Below the pieces are notes generated by a model that saw only the letters and a program-made list of their open reading frames with translations, was not told the origin of the DNA and searched no databases. A stretch of DNA of 64,000 nt from a virus (Duplodnaviria > Heunggongvirae > Uroviricota > Caudoviricetes): the IMG/VR virus record IMGVR_UViG_3300035034_003552; one strand, written 5' to 3'. The position numbers and the translations under genes were made by a program. Below, piece by piece: positions 1 to 10,232 of this stretch; the first letter of the stretch is position 1, and every line of letters begins with the position of its first letter.

Positions 1-3000
1 AACAATACTAACTTTTTAACCTTTAGTAGTGACGGAGAGACATCATTATCCAGTGGAGACCATAGCGGAATAAAGAACGGATATGTTTACGCTAAGACCA
101 CGAAAGATACTGGAATGATATATGAACATACTAAATTAGGAAACGGTACAATAAAAGAAAAAGAAGGAACAGTAGATTTAGGAACAGTTGCAGATATGGG
201 ATTTGCCGCACCTCCCTCAGACCAGCAGGTAACATTTACGCTTACAAATCTTTCTACTCAAGACCATAATGTTAATTTAAGGTTTGCAAATGGAAGTATG
301 ACAACACATGACTTCAACGAAAGGATATACGTAAGTACCAGCTATGTTGCAAGTCAGAGAATAACGGGGTCAGTTGAGTATGCTGCGCCAGAGAGTATCA
401 ATCTCAGTCTGGATAGCGGATGGAACAGGAGCTTTCCTACAAGAGTAGGACTGGATACGCCAATACGAGTAGAGATAGATATGATAGATCAGTCAAATAA
501 CGGCTATATCACATCGAATTTTGTGATGTCTCCGTCTTCAAAAACCACGAAATATACCTCCCACAACGATGATTACCTTGATGACTTTCCCGATAATACT
601 TACAGACCTAATGACAGAATAGAAGTATCTTCAAGTCATGAAGAATATAAGGATGCGAGTTTTGTTTCCAACCCGAGATTTTTTGATGGGTTCATAAACG
701 GAGATGGCCCGCTTTTAATGCAGGAGAAGTATAAAGCCTTCCTAAATGTAAAGAAACCACAAAAGATAATAGAAGACAATAAAGAGTATTACATCATAGA
801 TTATGACATAAACTCCCTTAATTATTACGATTACAGGGGTAATTTTAAGATACCCGGTAACATATACCCAGAAACCTTAAAGGTGAGGTTAGAAATCAGT
901 AACTATGATTATGACTACATGGGTACCCTGAATGATGATGGAGTTCAAATCTTTTTCAATGATGATAGGTCAAAAGTAAAAGACCTAGACAGCGGCATAT
1001 ATGAAAAGCTTACTGTTAATTCTTTTACCTCTATTGAAGATCCGATAGAAAAAGAATGGGTATCATCAACAAAAATATTTTCTGACATAAGCTTAAGGCG
1101 TTCTGATCTATATGAAAAAGATCTGCCGCCAATAAGTGACTTTAATATACCAGACAGTGTAGATGGACCCTTCAGTTATTCAATAGATACCGATAATGAC
1201 AATATAAATATAAACAAAGATGATGGTAAGGTCAAGGCTTTTGTAAGAAACACAAATGAATGGCCATTAAATGTGCACAACGGATATTATTATTTCAATC
1301 AGAAAGAAAATTACTTGTTTGCAAATAAAAATACTGTAACCATAGAAAATATCGGTACAGATGATAATGATAGGTATGAGTTTTTACTTAAAGGCAATTG
1401 TAAAAGAAGCTTTACTGAGCCAGAATCAAAAACTATCACAATAGACGATAAAGAGGGTTTTGAAAAACATAAAACTTTCTCAAATATAGATTTCGATTCA
1501 GTTCCAGATAACTTAAAATTAACTCTAAACAAAGAAGATAACATCAAGTATAACTTCAATGTAGATGCCGACATAAAGGATATAGCAATAGACGAAGAAA
1601 GAAATATCTTATGGTTAGCAACGGGCAGAAAAGGTGTTATCATGTACGATTATTACAATAAAGAGATACTTAAAGAATTTAACACCATAAATAGTGATGA
1701 CATAAAGGAAGATAATATCAGCTCAATAGAATATGCAGATAATAAAGTTGCGATCGGATACTATTCTAGCGGGGTTGATTTAATCAATTCTGTTACCTAT
1801 GAGCTCATAAATGAATTTAATGAATCAAGTGAGCTTAATTTATACTGGAGAAACGGAAATAAGATAAGAGATCTTTATATGACAGAACAGTATTTAATTA
1901 TAGGTAGTGGGTCAGGCGGCGGAATAGCAGTAGTAGATATACCTTCAAATGTGATAGAACATTATAGAGGTGAAGGTGCTCAAAATTATATAACAGCATT
2001 AGATTATTATGATAACTATATTTATGCAAGTTACAATGCTGGAGGACCAGAAAGCAGTGTAATGAGGTGGCAGCTAAAAGATAACAATTACGATAATGCT
2101 ATTAATTACAAAGACGATATTCGCAACAGCTACCCCTCTATCATCGATATTAAGTACGATAGTAAAAAGCTATATTTAATACAGGATATACCAAACCAGT
2201 TACTTATACTGGATGATGAAACTAAAGAAAAACAAACAGTAATTCCTCCAGGTAATCACGATGTGAAATCAATTGAAACAGATAGTGATTATATTTATCT
2301 TGGAACAATATCTGGGGTGTATATCTACGAAAAAGAAAGCTTAATACTTAAGCAGGAAATAGATAACCCGATCGATCTCGGCCTTGGAACAACCATAAAC
2401 TCTATCACATCTAAAAATGGTAGAACATTTATAGGTAGTATAAGTGACGGCGGAGAGATCGGAAGAAAATATAATGGATACGGTGAACTGCTCTCTGAGC
2501 CTATCGATTTAGGCGAAGACATAGCAGATATAGAAACAGTTGACTGGGTATCAGAGGAGCTTGACGGCAGCCGAATAGTAATAGAAGGCAGAACATCTCC
2601 AGATACAAAAGACTGGTCTAATTGGTCACTGAACCCTCCTAAGAACAGATACTATCAATACAAGATAGAGATGTGGAGTGATGAAGCACTAGATAATAGA
2701 ACCAGTCCTTTACTTGAGTCTATAATAATTAAATACTATAAAACTGCAAACAGGACAGAAGATGTAGAAATTTATACTAATCCTATTGACTTCATAGTAA
2801 AACAGGATTCAAGATATCACCAGCTATTTAATGATACTGCTACTGAAATATTAACTACTTTTATAAGAGATAAAACCGATTATGACCTAAGCGATTTAGA
2901 AATAGATAATGTTACTGCAGATGAGATAAGTGATTTCATAGATGTATCGATACAGGATGACATCATATATGCTAAAACAATATTCGATGAAGATGGTAAG

Positions 3001-4152
3001 GATATCGACTATATATTAAATGATGTGCCTGCACAGGGCAGTCCAATAATAATTACGGATGTTGAAAATGATAAAACACTAAGATCCGTAAAGTTCAGGA
3101 ACGAATGGGGACAGTACGGGATAATGAATACAGAAGTTCTTGAGGTAACCAAAGACAGCACAGTAATAGCGTCGTTTAATGACATAAAAGATATCATAGC
3201 TTATGATGAAGATAATAATTTGCTGGACGCTTCTGGTGTAAGTAATAACGAAATAACTGTTTATCGCAATAGACAGGAGTTAAGCCAGGGTGAAGAAATA
3301 GAAGTTTCATATATATTGAGAAATTCATTTCTAGCAGACCACAATCACGAGAAAGAAAAGACCAGATTTATATTCTCAGACCACTTTGAAAAACTAAAAT
3401 TAGAATATGAGTCAGCTAAAAATACTCAATTCTATGAGGCTAAAGAAGCTGAGTTAAATCCTATCTTTAACCCATACAATAGTGGCTTTGCTTATCTAAC
3501 CGAAAACGAGAAAGATCCGTTCTTTATTAAATTAGAGGTATCACCTAAGTGGACATTCTTTGGAATAGAGGAAAACATATCAGTCTTTTGTATGATAACA
3601 GATATACTGGGAAACCCTATTCAAAACAGAGGTATAGAATTATTTACAAGTACCGGTAAGTTTACTGACTCAGAAGATGACAGTACAGGAGAGATACAGA
3701 CAACCACCGACAGATTTGGAGTTGTAAGAGCTTCACTTCTTCCTAATTCTGGGGCCAGAAACATAACAATAACAGCAAGGGTAAATGGATCTTCATTATC
3801 TGAGACTAAAAGTGTTAACGTAGTTTATGACAGACAACCTGACTATTATGTTTATTTAACCTCGGATACTGACTTTTTAACAACCAGTGTGGGTAATGAC
3901 CGACAGGAAACTCTTTTAAAAGCCCGAGTTGTAGATAAGAACTGGAACCCGGTAACAGAACAAGAAGTAAAGTTCAGTATAACAAAAGGATATGGATCTG
4001 TAGAGAGAAGTAAAGAAACAAATGAAGGCGGAGTTGCCACAGGGGTTTATACATCAAGCTCAAGAGAGGGCTTAACGACCATAAAGGCAACAGCTGTAAT
4101 AAACAATGAATACTATAATACCACAAAAGAAATAGAAGTAATGGATATATAA
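1..4152 (+). CDS. Giant tail/adhesin-like structural protein, 5'-truncated at the window edge. It has beta-propeller-type repeats and C-terminal bacterial Ig-like (Big_1/invasin-like) domains.
   Basis: The frame is open from nt 1 with no in-frame stop before the first Met at 115. There are seven or more repeats of the type 'YIYLGTISGVYIYEKESL' / 'YLIIGSGSGGGIAVVD' (Reg_prop / Y_Y_Y-like propeller blades). The C-terminus has Ig-like modules ('NITITARVNGSSLSETKSVNVVYD', 'IKATAVINNEYYNTTKEIEV'). Confidence 0.75.
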   Translation, partial: NNTNFLTFSSDGETSLSSGDHSGIKNGYVYAKTTKDTGMIYEHTKLGNGTIKEKEGTVDLGTVADMGFAAPPSDQQVTFTLTNLSTQDHNVNLRFANGSMTTHDFNERIYVSTSYVASQRITGSVEYAAPESINLSLDSGWNRSFPTRVGLDTPIRVEIDMIDQSNNGYITSNFVMSPSSKTTKYTSHNDDYLDDFPDNTYRPNDRIEVSSSHEEYKDASFVSNPRFFDGFINGDGPLLMQEKYKAFLNVKKPQKIIEDNKEYYIIDYDINSLNYYDYRGNFKIPGNIYPETLKVRLEISNYDYDYMGTLNDDGVQIFFNDDRSKVKDLDSGIYEKLTVNSFTSIEDPIEKEWVSSTKIFSDISLRRSDLYEKDLPPISDFNIPDSVDGPFSYSIDTDNDNININKDDGKVKAFVRNTNEWPLNVHNGYYYFNQKENYLFANKNTVTIENIGTDDNDRYEFLLKGNCKRSFTEPESKTITIDDKEGFEKHKTFSNIDFDSVPDNLKLTLNKEDNIKYNFNVDADIKDIAIDEERNILWLATGRKGVIMYDYYNKEILKEFNTINSDDIKEDNISSIEYADNKVAIGYYSSGVDLINSVTYELINEFNESSELNLYWRNGNKIRDLYMTEQYLIIGSGSGGGIAVVDIPSNVIEHYRGEGAQNYITALDYYDNYIYASYNAGGPESSVMRWQLKDNNYDNAINYKDDIRNSYPSIIDIKYDSKKLYLIQDIPNQLLILDDETKEKQTVIPPGNHDVKSIETDSDYIYLGTISGVYIYEKESLILKQEIDNPIDLGLGTTINSITSKNGRTFIGSISDGGEIGRKYNGYGELLSEPIDLGEDIADIETVDWVSEELDGSRIVIEGRTSPDTKDWSNWSLNPPKNRYYQYKIEMWSDEALDNRTSPLLESIIIKYYKTANRTEDVEIYTNPIDFIVKQDSRYHQLFNDTATEILTTFIRDKTDYDLSDLEIDNVTADEISDFIDVSIQDDIIYAKTIFDEDGKDIDYILNDVPAQGSPIIITDVENDKTLRSVKFRNEWGQYGIMNTEVLEVTKDSTVIASFNDIKDIIAYDEDNNLLDASGVSNNEITVYRNRQELSQGEEIEVSYILRNSFLADHNHEKEKTRFIFSDHFEKLKLEYESAKNTQFYEAKEAELNPIFNPYNSGFAYLTENEKDPFFIKLEVSPKWTFFGIEENISVFCMITDILGNPIQNRGIELFTSTGKFTDSEDDSTGEIQTTTDRFGVVRASLLPNSGARNITITARVNGSSLSETKSVNVVYDRQPDYYVYLTSDTDFLTTSVGNDRQETLLKARVVDKNWNPVTEQEVKFSITKGYGSVERSKETNEGGVATGVYTSSSREGLTTIKATAVINNEYYNTTKEIEVMDI

Positions 4153-4164
4153 GGAGGGTAGTAA

Positions 4165-6936
4165 ATGACTAATGCTTTTGATAAAGAAATAAAAGAAGGT
4201 AAATATAGCTTAAAAATTGGTACAGAAGTGCCAGAAGATGATATTAATATATGTTATTTAGATAGCCCTCCTTTAAAATCAACAGAAAATGTAAAGCTGT
4301 CAGATCTATCTGGAAGCATCACCGAAAATTACTGGGGCAATCAGAACCAAGAGAAAGACATGTATCCAGATTTAAACCATAAGTTAAATGACCTGGCCTT
4401 TATAAATGATACAGTTCCAACTGATGATATCTTGATCACTGACATATATTTAGACCAGGATAACTTAAATATACCACTTTATTATGATTATAACTTACTT
4501 TATAGATATAAAAATTACACATCTGATCCAAAAACAGGTATAGAAATTATAGACGAGAACGGAAGAGAGGTCAGCAGAGACAAGTACAAGATAGAACTAA
4601 CTAAAGTCGCTGAGGCTACTTATGATGTTAGGCTCTTATTGTCTTTTAACTCTGATGATGAACACACTTATAGCGTAGTTTATAATGCTATTGATAACAA
4701 CAACGTAACAATAAATTCGCATGAAGAGATACTGAATGCAGATATCATATTTAAAGAAGCAAGTATGCATGAAATAAGGGATCCAGATAATGAAAACAAA
4801 AAGATATATGCTAAAAAGTTAGACCTAAGAGCCAATGAGTATAACATCTATGTTCCTATAGATGCTGAAAAAAGAAACGATTCCAAGTTCAATAAAACTC
4901 TGGATGCAGACCTACCACTACCATTTCAATATGAAGTAGATATTAGTGGTTATAAGAGGTCAGAACATAAAGGTATTGCAATACATTTTGTTATTGATAA
5001 GTCGGGCTCTATGGGAGGCGAAGACCCGTGGACACCCATGAAAGACACGGTAAGATATTTTAGAGATGATCCTGATGTAGATTGTAAGTTTAATGTAACA
5101 TATTTTAGTAGCAGTGTTACAAATGTCTATAATAATTATGTTGGGGCAAATACGGTACTTGGTTGGAATCCTCCTGGAATGGGAGGAGGAACGGCATTCT
5201 TCGATGGCACTAAAAGTGCTGTAAGCAAGATGATAAGTAAAAATAATATAGATGAAGAAAATAGCAACACCCTAAAGGGTTGGAAAAAGGTAATCATAAC
5301 CCTTACTGATGGGAACGACAATGCAAGTGGATCGTCTCCACATAGCGTAAATAAAACTGCTCATGATAATTTAGATCTTACTATCTGGGGAATAGCCTTT
5401 GGTAGTGGGGCAGATGTGGGATCAGTAGAAGCCATATCAGATAAGATGGCCCAAAGCAGTAATCTGGGACAGATGTTTAAATCAATAAGAGAAGATGCAG
5501 CACCAAAACCATTCTCCGATAGGATAATGACAGGTTCTGGTCTAGTCTCAGAAAATAACAGCCCACTTAAGTTAAGACAGTTAATGCTTAACATTACGGA
5601 CGATATGATGGTAGAAACAGTAGAAATAACTATGACAGATACCGACGCGGATATTCATACATTTTTCTATAACGAAAATTCATCAAACAGGGTCGGAACT
5701 GTTTTTGATGGCGAGTCTAACAGCAAACTATATGCCAAAAATTTATTGACTTTTAATAAATCAAAAGATAAATGGGAGTTCAATACTGACAATAGGATAT
5801 ATGTATATGCTGAAACAAATAAGAAAACTAGAATATATACTAGAAAATACTCGGTTAAACTAAAAGAAAATAAAGGTATTTATGCAAGGATGCCAGATAT
5901 AGATAATATATTTAAAAACTGGTATTTAGAAGTACATGATGGCCGCTTCAGGACTGAAAATACTGAAGGTGATAAGACAACAGTTTATTCATATTTTCTA
6001 CCAGAATATCAGAGGCAGTTAGATGTTACAGATGGTAATAACGTAATAAGAATAACGGACGAGATACCTAAGGTGATCGACTCTAACACCTTAGAACTTG
6101 CTAACAGCCCTTTAGATATAGCACATGAAATTGAATCAGGTAAGAGGATTATCAAAAACATAGATGTAAAACAGGACGGTCAAGAAATAGAAATAGAAGA
6201 CTTTAATTCAGCCGGAGGCGTCCTCTTCTTAAGAGACAATATAGATCCTACTAAAGATATTAGAGTTAGTTATTCATACACTAACGAGTGGTATACGTAT
6301 AAAGGTTACTATGATAGTGATCATGATGAATTTGTATCACTAGACTTAAACCCATTTGATGGGCACAAATACAAAAAGAAGCTACCTAACAATACCTATG
6401 AGCTGGAAGATACAAGAAACTTATTCAATAAAGTTGTTTACTTATATATAAGACCAGCTGAGACAACAGAAAATAGGCCAGGCTATCCAAGAGATATAGT
6501 GCTAGGCTCTAAAAAAGACTACACATTGTTCCACACGATAGGAAGTCCGATAGAAGAATCAAACAACATGTATTCTGAACAGGTTAAATTACTGGCTAAA
6601 TGCTATCTTAAACCCAACGCTTCTCGTAATGATATTTCAATCATAGACGGTCGCCAAAGAGGTGGCGGGCTTAAAGAAGAAATAAATAAAGAAGTAATAG
6701 ATCAGATCAACCCAGAGGCGAACTTCTACTGGGATATTGGATATTTAGATGGTAAAGCTTATCCAGGTAACTCAGTAGTCATTGTAAAACTACCAAAGAA
6801 AATACTAAAAGAGTACGATGGCAAGTTTGAGTCTCAAGAAATAGACGAGATTGTAGATAAACACATAGCATACGGATCTTATTTTATAGTTGAGTATGTA
6901 GATGATGAAGATTTTATCAGTGAATATGATTTATAA
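4165..6936 (+). CDS. von Willebrand factor type A (vWA) domain protein with MIDAS motif; probable structural or adhesion protein.
   Basis: SD 'aaggaggg' 8 nt upstream. 'IAIHFVIDKSGSMGG' matches the DxSxS MIDAS signature, and 'VIITLTDGNDN' is a typical vWA strand; 923 aa. Confidence 0.7.
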   Translation: MTNAFDKEIKEGKYSLKIGTEVPEDDINICYLDSPPLKSTENVKLSDLSGSITENYWGNQNQEKDMYPDLNHKLNDLAFINDTVPTDDILITDIYLDQDNLNIPLYYDYNLLYRYKNYTSDPKTGIEIIDENGREVSRDKYKIELTKVAEATYDVRLLLSFNSDDEHTYSVVYNAIDNNNVTINSHEEILNADIIFKEASMHEIRDPDNENKKIYAKKLDLRANEYNIYVPIDAEKRNDSKFNKTLDADLPLPFQYEVDISGYKRSEHKGIAIHFVIDKSGSMGGEDPWTPMKDTVRYFRDDPDVDCKFNVTYFSSSVTNVYNNYVGANTVLGWNPPGMGGGTAFFDGTKSAVSKMISKNNIDEENSNTLKGWKKVIITLTDGNDNASGSSPHSVNKTAHDNLDLTIWGIAFGSGADVGSVEAISDKMAQSSNLGQMFKSIREDAAPKPFSDRIMTGSGLVSENNSPLKLRQLMLNITDDMMVETVEITMTDTDADIHTFFYNENSSNRVGTVFDGESNSKLYAKNLLTFNKSKDKWEFNTDNRIYVYAETNKKTRIYTRKYSVKLKENKGIYARMPDIDNIFKNWYLEVHDGRFRTENTEGDKTTVYSYFLPEYQRQLDVTDGNNVIRITDEIPKVIDSNTLELANSPLDIAHEIESGKRIIKNIDVKQDGQEIEIEDFNSAGGVLFLRDNIDPTKDIRVSYSYTNEWYTYKGYYDSDHDEFVSLDLNPFDGHKYKKKLPNNTYELEDTRNLFNKVVYLYIRPAETTENRPGYPRDIVLGSKKDYTLFHTIGSPIEESNNMYSEQVKLLAKCYLKPNASRNDISIIDGRQRGGGLKEEINKEVIDQINPEANFYWDIGYLDGKAYPGNSVVIVKLPKKILKEYDGKFESQEIDEIVDKHIAYGSYFIVEYVDDEDFISEYDL

Positions 6937-6951
6937 GGAAGGAGGACCTGC

Positions 6952-7341
6952 ATGGCTAATAGTGATTACCCAGATAGGGCAGATAGGTTTCCCAAGAGAA
7001 TAGAAAGATCAGACGGTACTGTAAATGTTGATGCAGAGGATTTCAACTTGATTCAGGACGCAATAGTCTCTATACAAAAGATACTGGGAGACGAGCCTTC
7101 TCTAGGCCAAGAAACGGTAAAAGACTTACTTAAAAGACTGAATGAAGATAAGGTAGAAAAAGGAACTCCGATAAGTTTAAATACAAGAACAGTAGAAAAT
7201 CAAGACGGGGAAAAAGAGCTAGAGGTTTCCTTTTCTTATGTAGAGGATGAAGATATAGACCATTTTGTTCTAGAGGTCTGGGACGAAGGTAAGCAAAGAT
7301 ATGTCCCATACGATAATAAATTAGGTATTATAAGAAAGTAG
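6952..7341 (+). CDS. Hypothetical small protein in the tail module.
   Basis: Strong SD 'aaggaaggagg'; 129 aa ORF, co-directional and tightly packed. Confidence 0.6.
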   Translation: MANSDYPDRADRFPKRIERSDGTVNVDAEDFNLIQDAIVSIQKILGDEPSLGQETVKDLLKRLNEDKVEKGTPISLNTRTVENQDGEKELEVSFSYVEDEDIDHFVLEVWDEGKQRYVPYDNKLGIIRK

Positions 7342-7773
7342 GTGCTTATATTGGATGTTTATAATATAGACGAGCTGGATACCGACAAAATAAGACTTAA
7401 AGTCGGGGATCAGCATATTATAACTAAAAATACTAGATTGAAAACTGAATATATAAGTGCCGACAACTTCAGAGTCAAAAAGGTTTCTAACGGTAAGAGT
7501 TCTACTTACTGTTATATGGATAAAGTTACATTACCAATTGATGGAAGAGCAAAAATAAGAGTAGGTACCGAAAGAGGCCAGTACTTAGATAGTATTGAGG
7601 TTAGGATACCTGGTAAAACTAATCTTAATGTAGAACTAGAAGAGAGACTAGACTCCCCAAAGGCGGCAGCTGTTGTAATGGATGTACCGCTATATCCTAG
7701 AATATTATTTACTCGGGTAGTAGATATTCCTCTATCAGTAAAAAATGTTGAAGCTGAGTCAATAAAAGTATGA
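7342..7773 (+). CDS. Hypothetical protein; start is GTG at 7342 or TTG at 7351.
   Basis: 143 aa ORF abutting the upstream stop; no ATG candidate; weak SD. Confidence 0.5.
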   Translation: MLILDVYNIDELDTDKIRLKVGDQHIITKNTRLKTEYISADNFRVKKVSNGKSSTYCYMDKVTLPIDGRAKIRVGTERGQYLDSIEVRIPGKTNLNVELEERLDSPKAAAVVMDVPLYPRILFTRVVDIPLSVKNVEAESIKV

Positions 7774-7813
7774 AATAGGAGGATTCCACAAAATATAAAT
7801 AGGAGATGATTAA

Positions 7814-9022
7814 ATGCCAAAAAGAACAAAGCTAGTATTTGACAGAAATTTGGACGACACACAGAAGTATAATATTTACAGAGACGGAAACTCAGGCGTT
7901 ACAAGTGCATCAGAACTGATAATGGAAATAGCACAGCCCGCCGCAGAAACTACAGTTAAAGATGTGGTTGGGGAAACGCTAACTCCAGATACTGACTATT
8001 TAGTCTACACAGCAGGGCATCAGAGCATAATCAATGATGCTACCAATTTCCCAATTACTGTATATGTTAACGGTACCGAAGAAACAGCAGGTTTTACAGT
8101 TAACTATACTAAAGGATTGGTTACATTTGACGTGGCTCTTACAGTAGATGATACAGTCACAATGGATTATTCCTATGATGCTGTTGAGGTACTTGATGAC
8201 GATGGAAGCCAGGCTAATGTAACATTCTTAGGAACAATGGCTGAAGATGTCACAGCTCCTGATATTCCAGCAAATCCATCTTTAGTTGCTGATGGTGCCA
8301 ACAATAAAGCAGTATTAGGTTGGGATGCAGTAACAGATGACAATGGAGATGAATTCTTCTATAAAGTAGAAGCAGAAGACGGTGCTGGAAATAGATCGAC
8401 TCTAACAGCCGAAGTATCAGCAACACTTAAAGAAGGCCTTGCAGCCAATCCTTATATCTTAGAGGAGTCTGCTGATGGTGGTACAACATGGAATGTAAAT
8501 TCAGAGTTAGCAACTACAAGCTTTGAAGAATTGGATGTTGATACAACAGCCCCAGACCCAGCAAGCGATGTAAGTAGTAATACAGTCAAGGGTTCAACAG
8601 CAGGAACAGCAGATGCTACCTTAACCTGGACAAACCCGGCAACAGATAACGGCACATTATCTAATGCTTATCGCTTAAAGGCACAGGATGCGGTTGGTAA
8701 TGTTTCTTCTCCAACAGCTGAGATCGCTCCAGTAGAAGTGGTGAGTGGCCTCAACAATATTCTGATTAAGAGAAAAGTTGATGATGGGTCATATCCTACA
8801 TTTGAGGATACAACATCAGAAATAGTATTAGATACTACAGACTTTGCGACAGAATCCGTAGTGGACTCTGGTCTAGCAGATGATACAGTTTATAACTATG
8901 CTATTTTTGTTACTGATAATGCTGGTAATGTTTCAACAGCAACAACAGTACAAGCAACAGTAAGTGACTTAACTGATCCTGGAACAGTAACAGGGTTAAC
9001 AGCTGAAGAAGTGACAGTGTAA
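7814..9022 (+). CDS. FN3/Ig-like repeat structural protein; decoration or fiber protein.
   Basis: SD 'aggag'. Repeated strand-end motif xDxAGNxS ('AEDGAGNRS', 'AQDAVGNVSS', 'VTDNAGNVST') typical of FN3/Ig-like modules. Thr/Ala-rich linkers. Confidence 0.65.
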   Translation: MPKRTKLVFDRNLDDTQKYNIYRDGNSGVTSASELIMEIAQPAAETTVKDVVGETLTPDTDYLVYTAGHQSIINDATNFPITVYVNGTEETAGFTVNYTKGLVTFDVALTVDDTVTMDYSYDAVEVLDDDGSQANVTFLGTMAEDVTAPDIPANPSLVADGANNKAVLGWDAVTDDNGDEFFYKVEAEDGAGNRSTLTAEVSATLKEGLAANPYILEESADGGTTWNVNSELATTSFEELDVDTTAPDPASDVSSNTVKGSTAGTADATLTWTNPATDNGTLSNAYRLKAQDAVGNVSSPTAEIAPVEVVSGLNNILIKRKVDDGSYPTFEDTTSEIVLDTTDFATESVVDSGLADDTVYNYAIFVTDNAGNVSTATTVQATVSDLTDPGTVTGLTAEEVTV

Positions 9023-9044
9023 ATAGTCAATAATTAAAATACTA

Positions 9045-9075
9045 CTAAAGCAGGGTAAAACCTGCTTTAGTATTT
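9045..9075 (+). terminator. Intrinsic terminator or attenuator hairpin between the 7814 and 9095 genes.
   Basis: 10-bp perfect stem 'ctaaagcagg'...'cctgctttag' with a 6-nt loop, followed by 'tattt'. Confidence 0.5.
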
Positions 9076-9094
9076 ACATAAAAGGAGTGAAAAA

Positions 9095-9634
9095 ATGCCA
9101 TTAAATATTAGATTAACATGGAACAAGAATACTGATGACACGACAGAATACGGTGTTTGGCGCCGACAGGAAAATACAGAATTAAGTGAAGTAACCAGAG
9201 TTGCTCAACCCGGTGATGGAAGTAACCCAGTTTATGAAGATACTAATGTTGATATAGCAGACCCAAGTGACCCGACTATAGCCACAAATAAACCTACAGC
9301 AACTACTTCTACTTTAGAAATTACAACCCCTTCAGAAGATGCGGCAAATCCAGTATACTACTATTCTATAAAAGCATACGACGAAGCAGGTAACGCGTCT
9401 CCCTTGTGCCCAGAAGTAAGTTTACAGCCATCAAACGCAATAGATAGATATGAATGGGAACTTGTAAGAGAAAGCGATACTACAGTTGTAGACAGTGGTC
9501 AAATCGACCCACTTAATCCTATATCCACTGAGTCAACACTAACAGAAGGAAATAGTTATCATTATAAAGCTCAAGCTTTTGATCTGGATGAAAACACAAG
9601 TAATATAGTTACATCAGCAACCTTTACTGCCTAA
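9095..9634 (+). CDS. FN3/Ig-like domain protein, paralogous to modules of the 7814 and 12802 genes.
   Basis: SD 'aaaaggagtg'; 'YYYSIKAYDEAGNASPLCPEVS' fits the same xDxAGNxS module; 179 aa. Confidence 0.6.
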   Translation: MPLNIRLTWNKNTDDTTEYGVWRRQENTELSEVTRVAQPGDGSNPVYEDTNVDIADPSDPTIATNKPTATTSTLEITTPSEDAANPVYYYSIKAYDEAGNASPLCPEVSLQPSNAIDRYEWELVRESDTTVVDSGQIDPLNPISTESTLTEGNSYHYKAQAFDLDENTSNIVTSATFTA

Positions 9635-9662
9635 TAGTTTTTAATGAATAAGGAGGTGTCCA

Positions 9663-10208
9663 ATGACTACACAATTTGAAAGACATTATGATAATATCGG
9701 TGAGATTATAGACGCACAAGATGTAAACGAGTTACAGGATGTTATAAATATAAACGAGCAAAATGTATTATTCCTTAAAGATGTAGACTTTGAAGATTAT
9801 GCATTGTGGCTGCTCAAAAATAGAGAAGAATTCGATAGATTATGGGTAGATACTTTTGATAATAAACAAAAAATAGACGAGGTGGAAAGTGAAGGTTTAG
9901 TATTTCTCCCTAAAGATAGAATGATAAAAGTGAGAAATGATAGGGACTATGCCGAAATATTTTCTGAGACATACAATGATGACAGCAAGATTAATAGATG
10001 CCTCTTATTGGTTCATGAAGTGACCCATAACAGCAATGACTTAATTAAATTCCAGATATCAGTAAATGGGATGGAGTTTGAAGATATAAATAAAAGTGAA
10101 TTGTATGAACCTAACGCTATAGGTAATAGTTTTAAACTAAAAGCCTTATTTAATAAAGATAGTGATAAAGGACCACATCTTTATAGATGGGCTTTATTAT
10201 GGGGATAA
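9663..10208 (+). CDS. Hypothetical protein.
   Basis: SD 'aaggagg'; 181 aa ORF. Confidence 0.6.
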   Translation: MTTQFERHYDNIGEIIDAQDVNELQDVININEQNVLFLKDVDFEDYALWLLKNREEFDRLWVDTFDNKQKIDEVESEGLVFLPKDRMIKVRNDRDYAEIFSETYNDDSKINRCLLLVHEVTHNSNDLIKFQISVNGMEFEDINKSELYEPNAIGNSFKLKALFNKDSDKGPHLYRWALLWG

Positions 10209-10232
10209 CAGCTATAAGAAAGGAGTGAGTAA

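Noticed and set aside
1311-1643. Minus-strand ORFs of 60-130 aa scattered inside large plus-strand genes (e.g. 1311..1643, 5361..5594, 7512..7862, 32422..32805, 37157..37615, 39094..39483, 42708..43064).
   Set aside because: All are fully overlapped by long, RBS-supported genes on the opposite strand. They have hydrophobic low-complexity translations typical of antisense AT-rich DNA and lack start context.
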